The notes under the pieces: model-generated
What the model saw: the letters and a program-made list of their open reading frames with translations, nothing else
What the model was told of the DNA's origin: nothing
Databases searched by the model: none
Shown: positions 1 to 4,982 of the stretch, piece after piece
Numbering within the stretch: the stretch's first letter is position 1
How the letters are laid out: every line of letters starts with the position of its first letter
Translations under genes and position numbers: made by a program
DNA from: a phage
Strand: one strand, 5' to 3'
Sequence record: PZ049717.1
Length of the DNA: 4,982 nt

Positions 1-1815
1 CAGCGCTGTGGTGAAGTGATCGGCGTGCTCAGCCTGCAGCACAGCGGCAAGCCACGGGCCTGGCATGCCGACGAAATCGCCTTCGCCGGTGAACTGGCCG
101 ATCAGTACGCGCAGGTACTGGCCAACCAGCAGCGCCTGAGTGCCACCCACATGCTCGGCCTGTTCCAGCGCGCAGTGGAGCAGAGCGCCAGCGCCTTCAT
201 CCTGGTGGACCGGGACGGTCGCGTGGAGTACGTGAACCCTGCCTTCACCGCCATCAGCCAATTCTCCGAGTCCGAAGTGCGCGGTCAGCGCCTGGCCGAT
301 CTCAAGGCTCTGGAAAACCTCGGAGAGCTGCTGTTCGACACCTCGTCGGTACTCGCCCACAGCAACAGCTGGCAGGGCGAGTTTCGCTCAAGGCGCAAGA
401 ATCTGGAGCCCTACTGGGGGCAGCTGTCGATCTCGAAGGTCTTCAACGACGACGGCATGCTCACCCACTACATCGGCATCTACGAGGACATCACCCGCAG
501 CAAGCTGGCCCATCAGCACATCGAGCGCCTGGCCTACACCGACAACCTGACCAACCTGGGCAATCGTCCTTTCTTCATCCGCAGTATCGAGGAGCGCTTC
601 GCCGCAGGCGCCGAGCCGAGGCTCTGCCTGCTGCTGGTGGACATCGACAACTTCAAGCGAATCAATGACAGCCTGGGCCACCAGACCGGCGACAAGCTGC
701 TTACCAGCCTCGCACGCCGGCTGCGCAACGGCCTCAGCCAGCAGAGCGTGCTGGCACGTTTCGCCAGCAACGAGTTCGCCCTGCTGTTCGATGACAAGGG
801 CCTGGAGGAAGGCATAAGACTGGCGGATCAGGTGCTGCGCATCCTCGACAAGCCACTGTTCGTCGACAAGCAGCTGATCAGCGTCAGCGGCTCGCTGGGA
901 CTGGCCTGCTCACCGCAACACGGGCGCGACCCGGAAACCCTGATGAAGCATGCCGGGCAGGCGCTGCACAAGGCCAAGGCGAACGGCAAGAACCAGGTGC
1001 AGATATTCACCGAAGCCCTGCATGCCGAGGCCAACTACAAGCTCTTCGTCGAGAACAATCTTCGCCGCGCGCTGCTGCAGAACGAGTTGGAGGTGTTCTA
1101 TCAGCCCAAGCTGTGCCTGCACACCGGTCGGCTGCAGGGGCTGGAGGCGCTGCTGCGCTGGAACCACCCGGAAAAAGGCATGATCCGCCCGGACCAGTTC
1201 ATCAGCGTCGCGGAAGAGACCGGGTTGATCATTCCGATCGGCAAATGGGTCGTTCGCGAAGCCTGCCGCATGGGCGTTACGCTGTCGGAACTGGGTCTGG
1301 GCAAACCCCAGATCGCCATCAACCTGTCACCCAAGCAGTTCTCCGACCCGGACCTGCTGAGCTCCATCGCGGCGATTTTGCTGGAGGAAAAGCTCCCCGC
1401 CGGGCAACTGGAACTGGAGCTGACCGAGAGCCTGCTGCTCGATGCCACCGAGGAAACCCGTCAACAGCTGATCGGCCTCAAGGCGCTGGGCCTGACCCTG
1501 GCCATGGACGATTTCGGCACCGGTTACTCCTCGCTCAGCTACCTGAAGAAATTCCCCATCGATGTGATCAAGATCGATCGCAGCTTCATCAAGGACATCC
1601 CTGACAACCAGGACGACGTGGAAATCACCTCGGCGGTGATCGCCATGGCGCGCAAGCTGCACCTCAAGGTCGTCGCCGAAGGCATCGAAACGCCGGAGCA
1701 GCTGAAGTTTCTCCGCCGACATCGTTGCGATATCGGCCAGGGCTATTTGTTCGACAAGCCGATCCCGGGCACCGGACTGACCGATGCCCTGCGCCGCTAC
1801 CCTCACTGGTGCTGA
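1..1815 (+). CDS. dipA: c-di-GMP phosphodiesterase, GAF-PAS-GGDEF(degenerate)-EAL architecture (DipA-like); 5'-partial, reading frame open from base 1
   Basis: Frame 1 is open from position 1 to TGA at 1813-1815; the GTG at 16 in the ORF track is not the real start. Translation shows the tail of a GAF domain (approx nt 1-140), a PAS-like segment (approx nt 160-510), and a GGDEF-like domain (approx nt 530-1010) whose signature is ASNEF (nt 763-777) instead of GG(D/E)EF and which ends ALHKAKANGKNQV. The EAL domain (approx nt 1050-1790) has the conserved motifs intact: EVFYQPK (EVF at nt 1090-1098), LLRWNHP, INLSP, ELELTES, DDFGTGYSSLSYL, KIDRSF, EGIETPEQ, QGYLF. High GC3 codon usage. Synteny with msrA supports the dipA (PA5017-like) name. 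Confidence 0.88.
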   Translation, partial: QRCGEVIGVLSLQHSGKPRAWHADEIAFAGELADQYAQVLANQQRLSATHMLGLFQRAVEQSASAFILVDRDGRVEYVNPAFTAISQFSESEVRGQRLADLKALENLGELLFDTSSVLAHSNSWQGEFRSRRKNLEPYWGQLSISKVFNDDGMLTHYIGIYEDITRSKLAHQHIERLAYTDNLTNLGNRPFFIRSIEERFAAGAEPRLCLLLVDIDNFKRINDSLGHQTGDKLLTSLARRLRNGLSQQSVLARFASNEFALLFDDKGLEEGIRLADQVLRILDKPLFVDKQLISVSGSLGLACSPQHGRDPETLMKHAGQALHKAKANGKNQVQIFTEALHAEANYKLFVENNLRRALLQNELEVFYQPKLCLHTGRLQGLEALLRWNHPEKGMIRPDQFISVAEETGLIIPIGKWVVREACRMGVTLSELGLGKPQIAINLSPKQFSDPDLLSSIAAILLEEKLPAGQLELELTESLLLDATEETRQQLIGLKALGLTLAMDDFGTGYSSLSYLKKFPIDVIKIDRSFIKDIPDNQDDVEITSAVIAMARKLHLKVVAEGIETPEQLKFLRRHRCDIGQGYLFDKPIPGTGLTDALRRYPHWC

Positions 1816-1907
1816 TAGGCGGAAAGCGTGGCGACGCACGGTCGCTGGTGCGCTTTCGCTGCCGGCCTGCCTTTTTGTAGCCTAGGGCTCAGCTACCGTC
1901 CCCCGAT

Positions 1908-1911
1908 CGAG
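1908..1911 (+). promoter_or_regulatory. Shine-Dalgarno (GAGG) for msrA
   Basis: GAGG lies 6 nt upstream of the ATG at 1918. No comparable site precedes the GTG at 1828 used by the ORF track. Confidence 0.5.
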
Positions 1912-1917
1912 GCCCGC

Positions 1918-2565
1918 ATGTCGCTACGCTCGCAGATACTGGTCAACAAACAAGCACTGCCCACGGCAGAACAGGCGCTGCCCGGCCGCTCGACGGCGAT
2001 GCCGGTCCCGCCGGCGCACCATGTGAACGGCAATCCGCTGCAGCCACCATTCCCGGCCGGCCTGCAACAGGCGGTCTTCGGCATGGGCTGTTTCTGGGGC
2101 GCGGAACGTCGCTTCTGGGAACAACCCGGGGTATGGACGACGGCGGTGGGCTACGCCGGAGGGATTACGCCGAACCCGACCTACGACGAAGTGTGCTCCG
2201 GACTCACCGGTCACACCGAAGCGGTGCTGGTGGTGTTCGACCCCAAGGTGATCGATTACGAAACCTTGCTGCGCATCTTCTGGGAGGCACACAACCCGAC
2301 CCAGGGTATGCGTCAGGGCAACGATGTGGGCAGTCAGTACCGGTCGGCGATCTACTGCATGGACGCGCAGCAGCGCAGCGCGGCCGAAGCCAGTCGTGAG
2401 CGCTTTCAGCAGCGCCTGAGCCATGCGGGCTTTGCGCAGATCACTACCGAGATTGCCGACGCCCCGCCTTTCTACTATGCGGAGGCGTACCACCAGCAGT
2501 ATCTGGCGAAGAATCCAGGAGGTTATTGCGGACTCGGCGGGACCGGCGTCTGCATGCCGGATTGA
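1918..2565 (+). CDS. msrA: peptide methionine sulfoxide reductase MsrA (215 aa)
   Basis: Translation from the ATG at 1918 begins [24 protein letters not shown], closely resembling the E. coli MsrA N-terminus (MSLFDKKHLVSPADALPGR...) as I recall it. It contains the MsrA active-site signature [13 protein letters not shown] (catalytic Cys codon at about nt 2090-2092) and conserved [39 protein letters not shown] and [19 protein letters not shown] blocks. Stop TGA at 2563-2565. The ORF-track start at 1828 adds 30 non-conserved residues and lacks an RBS. Confidence 0.95.
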   Translation: MSLRSQILVNKQALPTAEQALPGRSTAMPVPPAHHVNGNPLQPPFPAGLQQAVFGMGCFWGAERRFWEQPGVWTTAVGYAGGITPNPTYDEVCSGLTGHTEAVLVVFDPKVIDYETLLRIFWEAHNPTQGMRQGNDVGSQYRSAIYCMDAQQRSAAEASRERFQQRLSHAGFAQITTEIADAPPFYYAEAYHQQYLAKNPGGYCGLGGTGVCMPD

Positions 2566-2640
2566 TGCGGTGCAGTCGAGCTAATGCTGCCCTTCGCCAG
2601 GCGGCCCTGCTGCTTGGCAAACGGCGGACTTGGCAGAAAG

Positions 2641-2662
2641 AAAAAACCCCGCCGAAGCGGGG
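2641..2662 (-). terminator. Rho-independent terminator read on the - strand (6-bp GC stem, UUCG tetraloop, U6 tail); possibly weakly bidirectional
   Basis: The + strand reads AAAAAA-CCCCGC-CGAA-GCGGGG. The reverse complement is CCCCGC-TTCG-GCGGGG-TTTTTTCTTTCT, a GC-rich perfect 6-bp stem with a TTCG loop followed by a T-tract. On the + strand the same hairpin sits ~80 nt after the msrA stop but is followed by CTCTGCAG, a poor U-tract. Confidence 0.65.
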
Positions 2663-2904
2663 CTCTGCAGACTGAATCCTGACATCCTTGATCGCGCGCC
2701 GTCCTGGCACCGCTCCCTGTGTGGTCCGTGTTGTTTGATCGCGCTTCCTGCGCCACATTCCTGATGCGAAAGATTACTGCCAGGCCTTGTGAGCCAGTAG
2801 TAGCCATTTTACATCACGCTTTGTAGCCTTTTCCTACACCGCGTCATCCATGATGCAGGGCTATAAGTCCAGGCTTACATTGCGCGAGTTTTATGACCTG
2901 AGGC

Positions 2905-2964
2905 CCGGCTTAATCGTTCCGCGTCATGGCCAAATAATTTCATATTGCCTTTAGATTAAGCCGG
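2905..2964. repeat. perfect 11-bp inverted repeat (CCGGCTTAATC ... GATTAAGCCGG) enclosing a 38-bp AT-rich core
   Basis: Left arm 2905-2915 is CCGGCTTAATC; right arm 2954-2964 is GATTAAGCCGG, its exact reverse complement. The intervening 2916-2953 is AT-rich (..CCAAATAATTTCATATTGCC..). It lies 8 nt from the acyl-CoA dehydrogenase stop (2972-2974). Confidence 0.6.
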
Positions 2965-2971
2965 CTCGACC

Positions 2972-4750
2972 TCAAAACTGTGCGGCATCCAGCAGGTAGA
3001 GCGACTCGCTGCCGGCCTTGACTGACGCCGTAAGCGAGTGGATGCGCGGCAACATCCGGGCAAAGTAGAAACGCGCCGTGCCCAGTTTGCTCTGATAGAA
3101 ATCGCCCTCGCCCTGCTTCGCCAATGCCACCGCTGCCATGCGCGCCCACATGTAGGCGTACGCGGTGTAGCCGAACACGTGCAGGTACTCGACCGAAGCG
3201 GCGCCGATCTCGTTCGGATTGGCCTTGGCCTGATCGATCACCCAGGCGGTCAGCTCGTCCAGATTGTCCAGCGCAGCCTTGAGGGGCTCGGTGAACTCGC
3301 GCAGATCCGCACCGGCACTGGCGATGAATGCGCGGATCTCATCGACGAACGCCTGATACATGGTGCCGCCGCTGCCGACAATCTTGCGTCCGACCAGATC
3401 CAGCGCCTGGATGCCGTTGGTGCCTTCGTAGATCTGGGTAATACGGCAATCGCGCACCAGTTGCTCCTGGCCCCATTCGCGAATGAAGCCGTGGCCGCCG
3501 AACACCTGCTGACCGTGCACAGTGGTTTCCAATCCCATGTCGGTGAGGAAGGCCTTGGCCACCGGCGTCAGCAGCGCAACTTGCGCCTCGGCCCGCTGCC
3601 GTGCCGCTTCGTCATCGCTGAACTTGGCGATATCGAGCTGCAGCGCGACGTAGCTGGAAAACGCACGCCCACCTTCGTTCAAGGCCTTCATGGTCAGCAG
3701 CATGCGCCGTACATCGGGATGCACGATGATGGGATCGGCGGCCTTGTCCTGCGCCACCGGGCCAGTCGGGGCACGGCTCTGGATGCGCTCGCGAGCGTAC
3801 TCGATGGCGCTCTGGTAGGAACGCTCGCCAGTGGCCAAGCCCTGGATACCGACGCCCAGACGCTCGTAGTTCATCATGGTGAACATCGCCGCCAGACCCT
3901 TGTTGGGTTCGCCGACCATCCAGCCGGTAGCGCCATCGAAGTTCATCACGCAGGTGGCGGAGGCCTGGATACCCATCTTGTGTTCGATCGATCCGCAGGA
4001 CAGCGAGTTGCGCTCGCCCAGCGAGCCGTCGTCGTTGACCAGAACCTTGGGCACCAGGAACAGGGAGATGCCGTGCGAACCGGCCGGCGCATCCGGCAGC
4101 TTGGCCAGTACCAGATGGATGATGTTGTCGGTCAGGTCGTGCTCGCCACCCGTGATGAAGATCTTGGTGCCACTGACCTTGTAGGAGCCATCGGCCTGCG
4201 GCTCGGCCTTGGTGCGGATGATGCCCAGATCGGTACCGGCATGCGGCTCGGTCAGGCACATGGAACCGGACCAGACGCCGGCGTACATGTTCGGCAGGTA
4301 CTTCTGCTTAAGCTCTTCGCTGGCATGGGCGTAGATCGACAAGCAGGCGCCGGACGTCAGCATCGGATACAGACCGAACGCCAGGCTGGCGGAGTTCATC
4401 ATTTCCTCCACCTGCGCCGAGATGACCTTGGGCATGCCCATGCCACCGAATGCCGGGTCACCACCGACACCCACCCAGCCACCTTCAGCGTACAGCTGAT
4501 AGGCCTCGCGATAGCCGGCCGGTGTCGACACCGCACCGTCGTCCCAGCGGCAACCCTCTTCGTCACCACTGCGATTGAGCGGGGCGATGCTGTTGGCGGT
4601 GATCTTGCCGGCCTCTTCGAGGATCGCGTCGGCGGTTTCCGCGTCGACCACCTCGGCCAGGGCTGGCAGCGCCTGCCAGAGCTTCGGCGCATCGAAGACT
4701 TCATTCAGGACAAAACGCATGTCGCGCAGCGGCGCTTGGTAGTCAGCCAT
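2972..4750 (-). CDS. large acyl-CoA dehydrogenase (~592 aa; long-type ACAD with C-terminal extension, FadE/DmdC-like family)
   Basis: Long - strand ORF with high GC3 bias. Preferred start is the ATG at 4750-4748, giving MADYQAPLRDMRFVLNEVFD..., preceded by GAGGAA (4758-4763) 7 nt upstream; the ORF-track start at 4786 adds 12 residues with no RBS. Contains the ACAD catalytic-base region ITQIYEGTNGIQ (YEGT motif), FAD/substrate-fold blocks (CLTEPHAGTDLG, GTKIFITGGEHD, FGGHGF) and a ~130-aa C-terminal extension typical of the ~600-aa ACAD subfamily. Stop TGA at 2974-2972. Confidence 0.92.
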   Translation of the reverse strand: MADYQAPLRDMRFVLNEVFDAPKLWQALPALAEVVDAETADAILEEAGKITANSIAPLNRSGDEEGCRWDDGAVSTPAGYREAYQLYAEGGWVGVGGDPAFGGMGMPKVISAQVEEMMNSASLAFGLYPMLTSGACLSIYAHASEELKQKYLPNMYAGVWSGSMCLTEPHAGTDLGIIRTKAEPQADGSYKVSGTKIFITGGEHDLTDNIIHLVLAKLPDAPAGSHGISLFLVPKVLVNDDGSLGERNSLSCGSIEHKMGIQASATCVMNFDGATGWMVGEPNKGLAAMFTMMNYERLGVGIQGLATGERSYQSAIEYARERIQSRAPTGPVAQDKAADPIIVHPDVRRMLLTMKALNEGGRAFSSYVALQLDIAKFSDDEAARQRAEAQVALLTPVAKAFLTDMGLETTVHGQQVFGGHGFIREWGQEQLVRDCRITQIYEGTNGIQALDLVGRKIVGSGGTMYQAFVDEIRAFIASAGADLREFTEPLKAALDNLDELTAWVIDQAKANPNEIGAASVEYLHVFGYTAYAYMWARMAAVALAKQGEGDFYQSKLGTARFYFARMLPRIHSLTASVKAGSESLYLLDAAQF

Positions 4751-4757
4751 GGCAAGG

Positions 4758-4763
4758 TTCCTC
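4758..4763 (-). promoter_or_regulatory. Shine-Dalgarno (GAGGAA) for the acyl-CoA dehydrogenase
   Basis: The - strand reads GCGAGGAACCTTGCC-ATG, with GAGGAA 7 nt upstream of the ATG at 4750. Confidence 0.55.
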
Positions 4764-4842
4764 GCAAGACACTGGGTTGCAGCCACTGTGGGCCGTTTCC
4801 AGCGAGTCTAACCGAACAACCAGTACAGGATTAAGCGTCTTT

Positions 4843-4872
4843 TTATGACCAGATAGTTTTTTGCGGTCATAA
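4843..4872. promoter_or_regulatory. candidate operator: perfect 8-bp inverted repeat TTATGACC-N14-GGTCATAA upstream of the acyl-CoA dehydrogenase
   Basis: TTATGACC at 4843-4850 and GGTCATAA at 4865-4872 are exact reverse complements separated by 14 nt (AGATAGTTTTTTGC). The site is about 95-120 nt upstream of the ATG at 4750, in the 138-bp gap after the upstream gene's stop (4889-4891). Neither strand has a T-tract after the stem, so it is not a typical terminator. Confidence 0.3.
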
Positions 4873-4888
4873 GCGAACCGCTACAGCC

Positions 4889-4982
4889 CTAACGCGAATG
4901 GCCTGCCATACGCACTGCGCCGCGCCCGCTGCCATGCACCCGAACGCAATTGCGTCCGGCCTTCTTGGCGCCATACAGCGCC
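4889..4982 (-). CDS. 3' end of a gene for a probable GGDEF-domain (diguanylate cyclase-like) protein; only the last ~30 codons are in the window
   Basis: Reverse-strand translation entering from the window edge gives ALYGAKKAGRNCVRVHGSGRGAVRMAGHSR then TAG (4891-4889). ALY.AK..GRN.V is the characteristic C-terminal motif of GGDEF domains; compare ALHKAKANGKNQV at the end of the GGDEF-like domain in the dipA product here. The fragment is short and GC3 is only moderate, hence modest confidence. Confidence 0.4.
   Translation of the reverse strand, partial: ALYGAKKAGRNCVRVHGSGRGAVRMAGHSR

Noticed and set aside
16-18. GTG at 16 as the dipA start (ORF track)
   Set aside because: The frame is open back to base 1 and the N-terminal GAF domain is clearly truncated, so the real start is upstream of the window.
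388-1839. Multiple ORFs overlapping dipA (388..681 -, 534..815 -, 828..1034 -, 910..1167 -, 950..1183 +, 1101..1448 -, 1113..1604 +, 1327..1839 -)
   Set aside because: All lie inside the well-supported dipA frame, on the antisense or alternative frames. Their compositions are Arg/Ala/Pro/Ser-rich with no domains; they are high-GC shadow ORFs.
1831-1845. Short inverted repeat GCGAC-gcacg-GTCGC between dipA and msrA
   Set aside because: The stem is only 5 bp with no adjacent T-tract, so it is too weak to call a terminator or operator. A weak T5 run at about 1871-1875 is not directly attached to a stable stem.
1893-2493. ORFs overlapping msrA (1893..2084 -, 1924..2493 -, 2133..2399 +)
   Set aside because: They are antisense or out of frame relative to the strongly supported msrA CDS, with Arg/Gly-rich low-complexity translations.
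2444-2807. - strand ORFs 2444..2758 (104 aa) and 2523..2807 (94 aa) running from the spacer into the msrA 3' end
   Set aside because: They overlap the msrA coding end and run through the terminator hairpin. The translations are Arg/Ser/Pro-rich low-complexity, with no RBS at either start.
2800-2834. Imperfect direct repeat GTAGCC(A)TTTT...ACA at 2800-2814 and 2823-2838
   Set aside because: The match is imperfect and short within an AT-richer stretch, so it is within chance expectation. It is mentioned only as part of the general repeat richness of the spacer.
2850-2954. Small intergenic ORFs: + strand 34 aa (2850..2954, MMQGYKSRLTLREF...) and - strand 22 aa (2875..2943, MKLFGHDAERLS...)
   Set aside because: They are too short, have no convincing RBS (only a weak AAGG for the 22-aa one) and no recognisable motif. 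They are not excluded as small proteins, but the sequence alone does not support calling them.
2940-3149. 69-aa - strand ORF at the acyl-CoA dehydrogenase 3' end
   Set aside because: It is an alternative frame within the dehydrogenase coding end, with no support beyond being open.
3038-4834. 598-aa + strand ORF spanning almost the whole acyl-CoA dehydrogenase locus
   Set aside because: It is the antisense shadow of the - strand gene. The translation is low-complexity (rich in G, A, R, D, V, H) with no recognisable motifs, which is typical of high-GC3 genes whose reverse frames lack stop codons.
1-4982. Search for CRISPR arrays, tRNA/rRNA, insertion-sequence terminal repeats, integrase or transposase genes, toxin-antitoxin pairs
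   Set aside because: None seen. The repeats present are single short pairs with no regular spacing, no cloverleaf-like or rRNA-like segment is evident, and no ORF has transposase or integrase features.

Overview
High-GC, Pseudomonas-like chromosomal window that looks like conserved core genome rather than an accessory island. In order: (1) the 3' ~1.8 kb of a + strand gene for a GAF-PAS-GGDEF(degenerate)-EAL c-di-GMP phosphodiesterase (DipA-like), with its 5' end outside the window; (2) msrA, peptide methionine sulfoxide reductase A (+); (3) a ~400 bp AT-richer spacer between convergent genes, carrying an intrinsic terminator and several short repeats; (4) a large (~592 aa) acyl-CoA dehydrogenase gene on the - strand; (5) at the right edge, the last ~30 codons of another - strand gene whose C-terminus resembles the end of a GGDEF domain. 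I found no CRISPR array, tRNA/rRNA, transposase or integrase, and no recognisable defence or toxin genes. The gene order matches what I recall of the P. aeruginosa PA5017 (dipA) - PA5018 (msrA) - PA5020 (acyl-CoA dehydrogenase) neighbourhood. I do not see a new system here. The only sequence not explained by the protein genes is the long convergent spacer (2566-2971) and the region upstream of the acyl-CoA dehydrogenase (4787-4888); both contain perfect inverted repeats and share short motifs, and are candidates for regulatory sites or a small RNA. All calls are from reading the sequence and ORF track by eye; no searches were run.
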